From the NCBI RefSeq assembly GCF_001194135.2, contig NC_068984.1, positions 77,516,383 through 77,580,382 on the forward strand: a DNA stretch of 64,000 nt, read 5' to 3'. Both the position numbers and the translations under genes were made by a program. The notes below the pieces were generated by a model, which saw nothing but the letters and a program-made list of their open reading frames with translations, ran no database searches and was not told where the DNA came from. This document shows, piece by piece, positions 25,956 to 39,330 of this stretch. The first letter of the stretch is position 1. Each line of letters starts with the position of its first letter. Origin of the DNA: Octopus bimaculoides (Eukaryota).

Positions 25956-26396
25956 CAGGTTGTCGTCAACTTACGACCGATCGACTTTACGATGATTGGC
26001 ACGCCAGCTCCTGGCAGCAATAATAAATAGTCCAGTTGAAATCTAACGGGCTTAATTTCTTAGAAATTAACCTGTCTACAGATGGTGTCAGCTAACAAAT
26101 GCTTCCCCTAAGTTTGGTTATTGATTGCCATTGTGTTGGATGACTATCCTGTTGTGGAGACATCGAGGCAACCTTGTGTTTGTTTATAAGACGACTGCTT
26201 GAGACTCCAAAGTTTTGACTAATGCCAGTATAATAGTATAATACATAATGCTGTGTTTAACTTTTACCTGAGAATGTACTTTAAGAATGTAAAAATATAA
26301 AACAAATCTATGTAGGCCTATAGGCTGACTTATGACTAAATTGACTTACAACCAGTCAGTCAGAACCAATTGTGGTTGTAAGTCAACAACAACCTG
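25956..26396. mobile_element. Tigger/pogo-type MITE inserted in the TA-rich part of a family Z SINE
   Basis: TIRs caggttgtcgtcaacttacgacc and the reverse complement of ggttgtaagtcaacaacaacctg. TA duplication at 25954-25955 and 26397-26398. Confidence 0.8.
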
Positions 26397-27391
26397 TATG
26401 TATATATGTATATGTATATATATACATACAGGTATGATTGGCAAAAAAATACTGAATCCAGCAATTCATTTAATGAATATACAAATTATGTATGAACAAC
26501 TTCAAGTTTCATACTTGAGAAGAAAATTTAAAGAGAAAGGAGGATAAAGATTATGTCCCTCTAATGCATTTAATGAAGAGTATTGTTAATATTCTTTTAT
26601 GCTTCGGTCATTAGACAGTGGTCATATTGAGAGACTGCCTTGAGAAATTTTATTCAGACAAATCAACCTAGCTCAGTTACCTATGAAACCGAGGTCACTT
26701 TTGTTCCACCAAGTAAGGGAAACAAAAGAAAAAATATATTGAACTGAGCAAAAGTGACTTCAAACAAATACACACCAACCATCAGTTTTCCTTCAAGCAC
26801 ATAATAAAACAGCTAGCAAGTCATATCTGAGACCTGATGGACAACAATATTCCACACACTATCAAGTGGAATATTGCAGAGTGATCTAGGCCATAAAGTA
26901 ATGGGTCAAAAAAGTGAAGGCTTTGTATAGCTGAAAGAACATATATATCTATATTAGATCAAAAGATTTCACTGACCTTCTAAAATCAAAGTAGGAAACT
27001 TTTGCAAGATGTATGCACCTCAGCAAGTTTCTCTTATCGAATCAGATTCAGCATATAGTCTAATACACTTTAGGCTTTTCATTTTACTACTCCCACTAGG
27101 GATAGTTTGTTTAGATGTAAATACTCTACATTTACATTCTTCATCTAATGGATTAAAGGGACATAATTTCTATCTTCCTTTCCTAAAACATTTTCTTCTC
27201 ATTTTTCGTATAATTTGGTCTCTTTTTCTTTTCTTTTCTTTTTTTTTTGCTTTCCTTTTTTTCTCATATTCCCTCACAAAGTAGTGATGTCACTTGAATC
27301 TTAGTGATTGCCAGATCATGCCCATTTGATTACTGCACTCTCCGAACATGAAACTTGAAGTAGTTGACATCTAACTCCTGCATTCTTTATA

Positions 27392-28245
27392 TCATCATCA
27401 TCATCTAGTGTCTGTTGTCCATGCTGGCATTGGTTGGACAGTTTGATCTGTGCTGGTAAGGTGAGTGGCTGCATCAGACTCTAGTCTGATTTGGCATGGT
27501 TTCAATGACTGGAGGCCCTTCCTAACACCAACCACTCCAAGAGTGTAATGTGTGCTTTTACATGCCACCAGCACAGGTGCCAGTTTGCATGACACCAATA
27601 TCTGCCGCAATTATGATTTCACTTGGCTTGATGGGTCTTCTTCTCAAGCACAGCATATTGACATGGTTTTGGTCATTTGTCATTGCCTCCTTGAAGCCCA
27701 GCTCTTGAAAGGTGCTTTCCATGTACCACTGGCATGGGTGCTAGTTTTGCAACACCAGCATTTGGCCACATTGCCTCTGTGAGGCCCAAAATGTACTTTT
27801 TATGTGCCTCCGGCATGAGTGTCAGTTGTGTGACACTGACAATGCCCACAGCTATGATATCACTTGACTTGACAGGTCTTCTCAAGCACGGCATATCGCC
27901 AAAGGTCTCGGTCACTAGTCATTGCCTCCATGAGGCCCAGCATTTGAAGATTATGTTTCACCACGTCATCCCATGTTTTCCTGGGTCTCCATCTTTCACA
28001 GCTTCCTTCCATTTGTAGAGATCGGCATTTCTTCACACAACTGTCCACCTCCATATGCATCACATGACCATACCAATGCAGTCTTGCACACCACATCTGA
28101 TGCCTCTTTTGCCCAGCTTTTTTCTCAAGATGCTTACACTCTGTCATTGATGCACACTTGCATTGCACATCCAGCGAAGCATACTAGCTTGATTTCTTTC
28201 AAGCTTATGCATGTCTTTGGCAGTCACAGTCCATATACACATACA
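27392..28245 (-). mobile_element. RTE LINE 3' end with UTR
   Basis: ORF 27860-28168 reads LHWYGHVMHMEVDSCVKKC..WRPRKTWDDVVKHNL. Confidence 0.85.
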
Positions 28246-28789
28246 TCATCATCATCATCGTCGTTTTATCACCCACTTCTCCAAGCTTGCTTGGGGCACA
28301 TGAAACTCATTGAGGTAGATTTTCTACATCCACATGCCTTTCTGTTAACAACACTGTAAAGTGATTGGTGTTAGGAAGGGCATCTAGCTGTAAAAAACCA
28401 TGCCAAAAATAATGGGTCTTCTGACCAGTGTAGTAGAGCAGAAATTACACATCCAATATATGCCAGCATGGAAAGTGGATAAGATAATCATAGTAATGAA
28501 CATCACATTTTAACTTTTGTCACGTGTCTGTGACTTCCTGACTATTACTTAGAGCCTCTTGATAGGAACATGACAAAACGAAATCTTCAGTATTCTTCTT
28601 AATATCTTAAATAACACTCTGTTTCAATACCACTTACATGTAGGCGTATGTAAGAATAAGAAAAAAAAATGGGGTGGGGTGGAGTGGGGGCAAATGAACC
28701 AGTGAAGTCACGTGAGCCTTAAACTCAATCAACGACTGTTCTGAGGGGGTGTTTAAATGGCACCACATTGTGGCTGAAACATTATACTC

Positions 28790-29740
28790 GTTGTTGTGAT
28801 TTATTCGTTGGTGTCATATGCAATGTGAATATTTTCGAGTTGACCTTCTTTTGGTGGCGATATGACATGTAATCCGATCGATCAGATAAACATTGTTGAC
28901 AGAGAGAAAAATAGGTCGCTTAGGCTTTTTTTTCTAGGAAGTATTTTTTCTATCGGTCCTTTAAAATAGATAGCGTTTTCTACACGTTTGCTGTAATTTC
29001 TTCACAGGAAATATACAATTACTCATTATAATATTTTCCTTGTCACTCAACGAATCAATGACCAGCCTCGTTTTCATTTTACACATGCGCTTTAATTCCT
29101 CTTCCGGTCAGACATTTTCTCTTCTGACACATATGTACGGTAACTTACGTCCAAGATAAACAAACTATATAAACAAATTAAACATATATATATATATATA
29201 TTCGGTGATGGAGTCAAAGTAAGAAAACATTATCTGCCGTCTGTTCGATCGTCTGCATCAACAACGTTCTCGACGTCATCTTATAAACAAGCCATTGGCA
29301 ACAGGAAGTAAGTAATGTTTCGTTTCTCCACTATCTCGAATTTACTAATTGGCTCAACTCTGTCTCTTCGTATCTCTGTCAGATTATTTTTATAACATTT
29401 TCTTCACGTTTATAATGATTGTTTTTTTGTTTACTCCTTTGACCTATATGTGTCTTTTTTTATTATTAAAACAAAAGCAGCAACCTTACATAAATTGATC
29501 ACCGAAGTTCCAAACAAGTGAGCAATCTTTTGTGTCTAAATTAGAGATGGAAATTTTTTTATTGGCTAATGAACCTAATATCGTCGATGTTGTGTCATTT
29601 CCTACGAAACCTTTCCACTTTGCTCATCGTAAACTCATGTGACCTGTTCGGGTATCTCCGGAAGCCGTCAACTTCTGGATCTTATTTTGCAGTAACTGAA
29701 AGTTAGACAATATTTGGATATATTTACCTTTGCGAATTAC
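28790..29740 (+). promoter_or_regulatory. Repeated promoter/first-exon module, copy B
   Basis: acacatgcgc 29081-29090, cttccggtcagacatttt 29101, uORF 29208-29222, donor at 29307/29308, paired ETS-like element 29641-29681. Confidence 0.7.
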
Positions 29741-30150
29741 CGAATTCCAATTTTTAAAAATTATTTTATCTGCATTAAGTGTTTTTTTCTTTATTTGATA
29801 AATCGTAAAAGAATTTTAAAAAATTTTCTCCAAAATAGAGATGGAAGTTTTTTTTTTTATTGACTATTGAACCTAATATCATCGATGTTGTATCACTTCC
29901 TACGAAACCCTTCCACTTTGCTCATCGTAAACTCAAATGACCTTGTTCGGGTATCTCCGGAAGCCGTCGACTTCTGGATCTTATTTTGCCGTAACTGAAA
30001 ATAAGTATGTGGATATATTTAAAATAAGTGTATATATTTACCTTAGACAATAAGTATGTGGATATATTTACCTTAGCGAATTACCGAATTCCAATTTTTA
30101 AAAGATATTTTATCTACATTGATTTTTTTCTTTACTTAATAAATAGAAAA
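29541..30150 (+). repeat. Direct tandem duplication of about 296 bp within module B
   Basis: Units start tagagatggaa at 29541 and 29837. Confidence 0.9.
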
Positions 30151-30284
30151 CATTTTTTTTTTTAATGTCCTTAATTTCAAAATTTCAATTTTTCCGTACG
30201 TTTCACCCTTGTAACATCTTGTCCCGTCTTTTCCGGGAAATATTTTAGACACACAAGCACACGCTTACATGAATGTGTGTACAA

Positions 30285-30661
30285 ACGAAAAAGATTGAGG
30301 AAAACCAGTTACAAGAAACATCAGATGTGTGCAAGAGAGAAGACTGCACTGATTTGGTCATGTGATGCATATGGATGAGGACTCCTGCTTAATGAAGTGC
30401 TGATCTCTACTTGTGGAGGCAACCTGGGGAAGGGGTAGACCCAGGAAGATGTGGGACGAAATGGTGAGAAAGGATCTTCAGATGTTGGGCCTTAGGAAAT
30501 GACAAGGATACTGGAAGTTGTGATTTGCTGTACTTGAGAAGACACGTCAAGCTAAGTAACATCACTGTCATCCATACAGGCTTGTCCTTCACAGGTGCTG
30601 GTGCCATGTAAAATGCACTTGTGCCAGTGACATGTAAAAAGCACCCAGCACACTCTGTAAA
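30285..30661 (+). mobile_element. RTE LINE 3' end
   Basis: Same family as 19890-20535. Confidence 0.75.
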
Positions 30662-31520
30662 GTGATTGATGAGCCAGGTTTAATGAAATTATAATGGATT
30701 GCACCTACACCAAGCCACCAAATACACACCATCAGCTTCTTTTGATGAATTTTGCATTTTGGACTGTTTTGGTGGCTCTCTGTATCATTTGGCCCAGTTG
30801 GCTGCAGTATACTTCGGCTGTGATTGATGAGCCAGGTTTAATGAAATCATAATGGATCGCACCTACACCAGACCACCAAACACACACTATCAGCTTCTTT
30901 TGATGAATTTTGTATTTTGGACTGTGTTTTGATGCCTCGTCTTTGTCCAACCATTGTACTGAATGTTTACAGTTGTATTGGATCCATTTGTTGTCCCATG
31001 TTACAATTATATTCAAAAATAAATGATTCATTTTTGTGACAAGAAAGTAGCATAATGCAAGCTTCAAAATGTTGCTGTTTCTGATTTTCATTGAGTTCAT
31101 GTGGAACCCACTTATCCAACCTTTTCACTTTACCAATTTGAACTAGGTGAGTCAATATTGTTTGCTTGCTAACACCAAACAACAACAATAATTCACAGGC
31201 ACTTTGAGATGGATCTGACTTGACAGTGGCTTTCAGTTCATCATTATCCACTTTTGTTTCTGGTTGATCGCGTTGCTCATTTGTGAGGTCGAAGTTACCA
31301 GAACAAAATTTTGCAAACCGATTTGATACTGTCTGCTGTGTAATAACATTAGAATGAAATAGTCCATTAATATTCTGAGCTGTCTGTGTGCTGTATTTCC
31401 AAGAAAGAACTCATATTTCAAAACTATATGAATTTCTGACTTATCCATCTCTAAACAAAAATAGCAAAAAACGATTTATAAATACTTTAAAGTGCAAAAT
31501 GAGTTACAATACAGAAACAG
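30662..31520 (-). mobile_element. Mariner (DD34D) transposase remnant, 3' truncated
   Basis: MDKSEIHIVLKYEF.. and DELKATVKSDPSQSACEL...KVKRLDKWVPHELNENQK (WVPHEL motif), plus KLIVCVWWSGVGAIHYDFIKPG. Confidence 0.9.
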
Positions 31521-31859
31521 ATGTGTCAGCTTTCTAACAAAAATTAAAGATTGTCAGAATATAATAATGGTGCAAAATGAGCAGCTGTCAAAGTTTACCA
31601 TATACCTTACTACAAATTTCATACTTGATGACCTAATATTTACAATTTAATCAAACTTGTCTATTTCAAAATAGTTCCATCTACTGTTAGTACATCACCC
31701 CTAACATTTATTTATTTTTTTTATTTATGTGTTTCAGCCAAGTGGCTGCGGTCATGCTGGTGCACCACCGTGAGAACATGTTTCAGTTTTAGAACACATT
31801 TCAGAGTCAACATGTTAAAGTAATGTTGTTCTCAACATTAATTGAGCTTTTGACTGGAT

Positions 31860-32870
31860 CGCCACCTGAAAACTTTTTCCTTCCCAGAGGTCAACTCATC
31901 TCTCATCTCTTGGATTGGTAGCTTCCTATCAGATCATACCATTGCAGTATGTGTTGACCATATTCTTTCTGCCCTTAGTGTTCTCCAGGGTTCTGCTCTA
32001 TCTCCCACTTTCTTCTGTTCATCAATAACCTGCTTAGCACTACATGTAACAATGCCTAATTACATGCAGATGACATGACCCTTCAGTCCTCAATCTTCTC
32101 GAATTATGCAAAATTCACAATGCAACCGAGACACCGCACTCCAAATCTGCATTGATTCAATTAAAGGAAACCTTGCACGCATCCTCCTCTATTAGCACAA
32201 AAAAGAACTTGAGCACTACTCATGAAGACTATACCACAACACTATAATCTCTCTAAATTATGAGTGGCACACAACTTGAGCCTTCTCAATCTCCCCAAGT
32301 GTTAGGCCTCACTATATCTGAGGATCATTCCTGTCAAAAAGCATATCCATAGCATAAGTTAGGACAGCATCCCAAGAACTAGCCCTTCTCTTTAGCCCCC
32401 AACCACATATGTTACTCTCCAAGGCTTAAGTGATTCCCACAACAGTATACTGCTCCCAAAATTGGTATGGTGCTGCTACAAACACTAACATCCTGGATCA
32501 TACCTGGACACAGCTGATTGACATTCCTTGGCGAATAGATACACTCCAGCCTTTGGTCCACAGGCATGTTGTTTCTTCTCTATCCTCTCACAACTATAAT
32601 GGTCTCTGTTCTTCAGAGCTGGCCGGAATCTTACCTCTGCTACTCAGGTACCACTGTCCCACTTGTCTCCCCGCCTCTTGGCACCCTTTGTACATCTAAC
32701 CAGCCTTTTTCTCACATTAATCACTGATCACAATCCTTCAACCTCAGAACATAAGCCTTCTGGAATCTTCTACATGCTCATAGTTTTTTGGTAGGTATTG
32801 CCCTGCAACAGTTTAACCTGAACATTAAGGACATCAATTTCACTAGTCTCAGAGGGCCTCAAAAGTCATG
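31860..32870 (+). mobile_element. Decayed CR1-like LINE RT and 3' region
   Basis: PGFCSISHFL.., ADDMTL (YADD) and LQPLVHRHVVSSLS..YNGLCSSELAGIL. Confidence 0.7.
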
Positions 32871-35279
32871 GGCTCTGCTTTTCCTTCTAGACTCAACAAG
32901 TGACAAAAGAAGAATTGCTACCTTTTATGAAGGACTTCAACTTTGGAAATAAAACTGGGAAAAGGGACTTTATCTGAAGAGTAAATCTTCTTGCTGGAGG
33001 GCGAGAGTAATCATGAGCTTTACCAAAAATTCTATGACAGGTAGTGATGCTTGAGCAGTTGTGTGGTGGGGGAGCACTCTGTTTGCCTATTGCCTCAGAC
33101 CATTGGAATTATTGATTATCTGACCAAACACACAATGAACAACTCCCTTCCACTAGAAAAAAGACTATCAAATCTTAAAGTTTTTGGTTCTAAGAAAGTC
33201 ATGTGTTGATCACTCATAGTCAGCCAACCATGTAGTCCAGGAAAATATGACCAATGATGTTCTTTGTTTTAGTCAGAGACATGATGGTCCATACCATTGT
33301 GACAATATTTGTTTCAACATTGTAGCTATGCATTCACATTTTGTCACTTGTTAAAAACACTCTTCAGAAAGTTTGCATCAGCATTTAATTAATTAAAAAG
33401 CTCCTGATTGTATCCCCATTCTTCTATTTTTTTGTTTTTTCTATCAGCTGATGTGGCTCAAATTTTTTTGGAACATGCAGTATTTTCAATTTTTCTTTTA
33501 AATTTATGATACAAATGATTACATTTGCATTGTTATTTGGGAAACTTAATGGGGTGTCAGGAAAGAGTTTTCACAGATTTGCTTGTTCTTTGGTAATGTG
33601 ATCATCATATTTTGTTTTGGAAGAAATATCATCTAGATTTCTAACCATTTCTAATGGATGTTCTTGATTTGAAACCCACTTATGGCATTGTTTAGAATTC
33701 AGACAATCCTCCCTGTAGGGTTGCTGCAACACAAGGAAAGTTTCCATAAAAGGTTTTTGCAGTTTCAAACATGATTTTATACAAGTATGCTACTCTTTGA
33801 ATTCTTCAACATGCAAATTGCAAAGTGCATTAAACATGCATTCATTTTTGCTTGTGTAGATTCGCACCAGATCATTTGGTCTTTCATACACTTCTCCTTT
33901 TACCATCTTGTGCTGCTTGTGGTCACTTCCTCTCCTTCAGGTAATTCTTTTATTGACGTCCAACACTCTCTATCACCACCTTTGCCATCCACTACTCATG
34001 CTCTTTCTAAGCAACTAACTTTACCACTTCTATACTACTAACTGCTTCTCATCCTCTGGTCACTTATTATTTACATCAATCACACTCTCTTGATATCATT
34101 TCTATCACTCTCTATTGTCAGAAACAGCTGCTATTAGTGTCTCTGTTCCATTACCCTATGCCATTACAACTACTCTGCTTTTACTAAATCTCATTATTAG
34201 TTCACTAACACTGTCTCTCCCTTTTCTCTCTCCTCTTTCATGGTATCACCCAAATTACATTGTTTCCTTCATTCTTTCTCACCCTAGTTCATCTTCTGCA
34301 ATCACTCTTTTCTATCCATTCTATTGGCAACACCCTAAAGGAATAGAGACAACATCTATCATTAAGGATCCCTTTTTGTCTTGTAAAGTACAAAGCAATG
34401 TTAGTAGTGCTAGTGCCATGATAAAATGTGCTCAATATATTAAGTACTTGGCAAACTAGTGGAGGCATTGTAGGTGTGAGAACACTTTACTTTTGTCTTG
34501 TTGAAGACATAATATCTCTATTGCCGGTGCCATGATGAAATGTACCCAGTACACTCTGTAAAGTAGTTGGTTTTAGGGACAGCATCCAGCTATAAAAACC
34601 TTGCCAAAATAAAACATATGGATGAAATGTCCTTTGATCTTGCGAGGAAGGCAAGGACTCCAAAGAAGAACTGACTTATCCTAGTGTGAAAAGTACATGT
34701 AAAATAATAGTGATCTCAATTGAATAGGTCTTCTCTTGTACAATGTGTCATCTATCACAGACATTTATCACCTCCTTTGTAAGACACAGCTTCTTAAGAT
34801 AAGTTTTCATCACTTCTTTCAGTATCTAATAAGCAGTTGAGGACAGCGTACTGAAAGCATAACAGCCAGAACAAAAAACAGGTAGAAATAGTTCAGAAAA
34901 CAACTAGAACCCCTTCAACTGGTTCCACCCACTTGGAGAGCTTGACATTTCTTTACACAGCTGACATAAACATCAAATGCTCATACTAGAGCAGTCTTCC
35001 ATCCAATGCCTTTTATTTTCAGTTTTTCTTTCATCTCATTTATGCTCCATAGTTAGTGCGTGTAAACATTACACATCCCTCACTGCTTACTTGCTTCATT
35101 TCTTCACATATAATAGTTCTCCTGATCTGAACCCTCAAGGTTACTACATCTGGGAGATTGCTGGGCAGGGGGCCAAATGGCTTTACACCACTTATGGAGT
35201 AGTCATGTCATTTATGTCCAGTATAAACAGAATACCAAGCAGTGCTTTGACAGGCAAAGATATGGAGATAGTGAGATGG

Positions 35280-35990
35280 TGAAACCATTTGGCTTCAAGT
35301 GAATTATATGTTTGTCATTCAAGCATTCCAAGAAAATATCAGAACCTATGTATCATGAATTGCTACAAGAGTAAAGCATTAGAAAGAAGAAACTATAGAA
35401 AAGTTATGAAATTAATGGAAGTGCTCCTGATTAAAAAGAAAATTAGCCTAGATGAGATGCAGTGTGGTTTTGTTCCAGGACAAGATATCAATGACTCTGT
35501 ACTCTGGTGGTCACTAAAAAACTTGTGATAGCTAAATGGTTTGTGAAGGCTATGTAAAGCATGTAGAGTGATACTGTTAGCAAAGTGTCAATTAACTAAA
35601 TGTTCAGTGCAGAAGTTAACAGATTGATGTCCATCAGAACTCAATTATCAACTCTCTGCTGAGTTGATGAATGGTTTCCTGTGGGAATTCTAGTGTGCTG
35701 ATGTATTAGCTCTTATAAGATGATGATGGTGAGAAAAAAATTCTACACCTGAAAGCAAAATCTAGAATTCAGAAGCTTTAAAGTAAATTTAGCAAAGACA
35801 AAATTTCTCGTAAACATAAAAGACAGAACTCTATTGTTTTGGGGAAGTGGCCAAGCACACTATGTAGAGGAATAGATATGAATTCTTTAAGATGCATCAA
35901 ATATCAACTATGGACACACAAAAGAGCCACAGTCAAGCTGACAGAAGAATTAAACCTTGTACGAGGCACTTAAATAGGAGCAGTTATCAG
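35280..35990 (+). mobile_element. Old RTE RT fragment
   Basis: KKISLDEMQCGFVPGQD (cf. IDEMQFGFMPGR); heavily decayed. Confidence 0.55.
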
Positions 35991-36059
35991 TTAGAAAACA
36001 TGTGAAACAGATTCATTCAAATGTTTAGAAATCTGTCCAAAGGAGTTCATGATTTTTGC

Positions 36060-36265
36060 AATATACTTGTTCAAACACTTTAATCTTACATTATTTAAAT
36101 TTAACGGATTTTTGTCCTCATCTCGTTTGTTGTTAACACAACATTTCAGTTGATATACCCTCCAGCCTTCACCAGGTGTCTTGGGGAAATTTCGAACCTG
36201 GGTTCTCATTCCTAAGGTATTTTTTGGGGTTAGTAGCCCACGCACTTAACCACTATGCCATATAC
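36060..36265 (-). mobile_element. tRNA-headed element with Penelope-type hammerhead, copy 1
   Basis: Minus strand: atatggcatagtggttaag..ggctactaacccc..ccttaggaatgagaacccagg..gacacCTGGTGAaggctg..caactGAAAtgTTgtgtt. Confidence 0.75.
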
Positions 36266-36269
36266 CCAC

Positions 36270-36520
36270 AGACATATGGTGTAGTAGTTAAGAGCACAGG
36301 CTACTAACCCCAAGATTCTGGGCAGTGATCTGAATAATAATAATAATAACATCGAAAAATACCTTAGGAATGAGAACCTAGGTTCAAAATTTCCTCAAGA
36401 CAACTGATGAAGGCTGGAGGGTATATCAGCCGAAACATGTTTAACAACTAACAAGATGAGTACAAATATCTGTCTAATGTTAATAATGTACATAATTCCT
36501 CATCTCTTAAATACAAAACT
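36270..36520 (+). mobile_element. tRNA-headed element with Penelope-type hammerhead, copy 2
   Basis: Homologous to copy 1 and to 58915-59180. Confidence 0.8.
36399..36442 (+). ncRNA. Minimal type I hammerhead ribozyme motif (core and stem II intact; stems I and III decayed)
   Basis: CTGATGA 36404-36410, extra A, stem II ggctg/cagcc, GAAA 36432-36435. Confidence 0.55.
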
Positions 36521-36699
36521 TTAATCTTAGCCAAAAAACCTAGAAGTGACATAAAGTAGGTGATCTAATTAGCAGTTGAAGACATGTATTGAACTATTAT
36601 AGTACGTGTTTAGAATCACATGATCATAAAAATTCTTGACCAGCCAATCCAGAGTTGCAAAGATCATGTGAGAGGAAACGAGTTTTGCTGGGAAATATG

Positions 36700-37200
36700 C
36701 AACCATTCCTAGACCTATTCTTTTGGTTGTCATTCTTGTTCACCTTTTGGTCCTCATCAAAATCCTTTTCATCAGTAAAGAAACCGTAACATAATGGGAT
36801 TCTTGAAGTGCTTAAGCTTATTCACAAGCAGTTTCACTGGATCACATTGTTCTCTTTGGTCTTACTAGACATGACCTGCCCTTCCTCATTATACTGGACT
36901 TATGCCTGATATCTTTGTGCACCAAACTGATAGTGAGCTCCTTGACTGTGGTCCTCACCAAATTTGGCTTGCTGTTGTTGATGTCATAGTTGATGTCATA
37001 GATGATGTCCTGCAGCAGAATATGCATTTTCCTCTTGGCCACAGATGACACATCCTTACCAGAGAACTCCAACTTTTTCCAGATCTTGTATATGAAAGAC
37101 ACATCTATGTTCAAGAAGCTTATGACCTCCAGGCACTGTGGTTAGCGGCAAGAACTACAAGCACAACATGCCTTTTCATTTCCTGTTTCAGACTGGAATG
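36700..37200 (-). mobile_element. maT/DD37D-like mariner transposase N-terminal remnant
   Basis: NIDVSFIYKIWKKLEFSGKDVSSVAKRKMH...LVHKDIRHKSSIMRKG. Confidence 0.6.
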
Positions 37201-38329
37201 TGTTATAGTCTTGCTGTTGATGTGTCTGAAAGAGAAATAAGAAAGTTAAAGTTTCAGCATATGTCACATAACATTGTTATCTAAAACTTGTGTTCACAAA
37301 TACCTAGTGTACATGTATGTATGACAGACTTCTCTACTGTTTTCATCTGCTGAATTCCTCTTATAAAGCATTGGCCAGTCTAAAGCTGGCATTTGCCCAA
37401 GATGCTGTGCTGTGAGATTGAGCTTGAAATCATGCAGCAATAATCTTGTCTCCAGTACCAATTTTATATTGAGAAGCTTTCTATTGCTTTATTCTTACAG
37501 TTTCTTCAGATGGCCCTCAAAGTCATTCATTGATCACAGTACATTTAAATGAAAGTAATAGTAGCAGGCAGCACTTTATTTTCTTGTGATTTGCAAGGTT
37601 TTGTATTACCAGCATTTAAGTTAGTGTAAAGATCAATCTATCATCTTTTATGAATTCTATTCTTACATTTATACCCCAAAATTGGAGTTTAGCTTCTAAT
37701 TCAGATGACTAAACTTGTTTGTATTTTCAATTTCTTATTTCATGTTGCTTGATGTTAGCAAGATTAAGTAAATAAACAGTCATTGCGTAAAAATACTGAA
37801 CATCAATAAATGTCTGAATATTTGCATTTCTTTGATGCTTTCATAACCTCTCGTTTTGGTAAGTTGTACAATGCTTGGTAGTAATGGTCATGAATGTTTT
37901 ATTGTGAAGTCTAGCTCTTGGTTTTTACTGTTTATTCTGAAGATGGTGATCCAGCAGAGCCATGATAAGACATAACTGTTCCATTTCCATTGTACATTTT
38001 TCTTATATGCATTTTTTTTTTCTTTTCAAATGCTAGGGTGTGATTTGAGAGGGAATTGGCTCCTGTATTTGACAGGTCAAAAGACTATGTAGATGTTCCT
38101 TCTTGGTTCATGCTTGAAGTTTGCCATGCTCCCTAATGAATTATTACTCAAAGGCTCTTTGAAACACGAGATGTGTTTCCAATAAAGGTCCAATCAAATT
38201 TAGATGGAGATATTCTGTAATGAAATATAAATTATGAAATTAATTCATATTTAATTTCTTACAAATATACTAAATAAAAACGCTGAAACCATGTGATGCT
38301 TAGAGGCATTTCATTTTTGATGTTCCTTT

Positions 38330-39330
38330 CGAAAATATATACATTGACATTTTGAGTGACGTGTCTTGGTTGTGTGTGTCGTATGTTTTATTCATTTGTG
38401 TCGTATCCAGTTAAGAGTCCTGATCTTGGTGAAAGGGTAGGTTACAGCGTAGAAATACAGTAGAAGACAGGGAAACTAACGACTTCTCAATCAGGCAGAG
38501 GCTGTTGTTGGTTTAAGAAAAATAGGTCGATATTTATACTCTCATTTTCTCAAGAGGTTTGCTTTTTCTACATTGAGCCTCATTTTCCTTTTGAATAAAT
38601 ACTTCCGGTAGTTTATCTGTGACTTTAGTTATTAGTTTATATCTTATTTCTGCTTAGAAAATATATAAACAATCATTATTATAATATTTCTCCTGTATGT
38701 CAACGAAATCGAGTTGCAACCTCGTTTCCATTTCGCACATGCGCAATAATTCTTCTTCCGGTCAGACATTTTACCTTACCGTGACTCGTAGACGTTAATT
38801 TATCTTTAAGGAAAACAAATTTTGTAAACATTTAGCGATGAAGTTAAAGTAGGAAAATACTATCTGTCGTCTGCTTCATTGTCTGCGTCAATAACATTAT
38901 CATTGGCGACTTGTAAACAATTCGTTCCAACAGGAAGTAAGTAACATATTTAATGCTGTCTCACTCTTTCTCTATCTCTCTCTCTACACCAATTAACTCC
39001 ACTCCCGCTCTTTTTTATCTGTTTATCGGATGTTTTTTTAACTTTTACTTGGGCTTTTTACTTTTTTTCTACATCTTCATTATGCTGCGCTATAACCTCC
39101 GACCATACGTTTGTTTTTGTTTTGTTTCATTGCAAAATGGGGTCATTGAAATAGAGAGCCAGTCATGTACTTTCTCCCTTCTCCATAAAGTTGTAAAAGC
39201 TTTCCAACGTTAAAAATTATTACTTATGATGTCTGGAGTGCTATTTCATATGAAATCTTCCCGCTTTGCTTCGTATGTGAATGTTGACCATGTTCGGCTG
39301 TTTCCGGTAGTTGTCGACTTCTGGATCTGA
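38330..39330 (+). promoter_or_regulatory. Repeated promoter/first-exon module, copy C
   Basis: gcacatgcgc 38735-38744, cttccggtcagacatttt 38755, uORF 38838-38852, donor at 38936/38937, paired element 39286-39327. Confidence 0.7.

Noticed and set aside
38837-38936. Open frame DEVKVGKYYLSSASLSASITLSLATCKQFVPTG after a tttag acceptor in module C, suggesting a coding exon
   Set aside because: The same frame has TAA stops in copies A and D and a different phase at the donor in B. The AG is absent in A and B.
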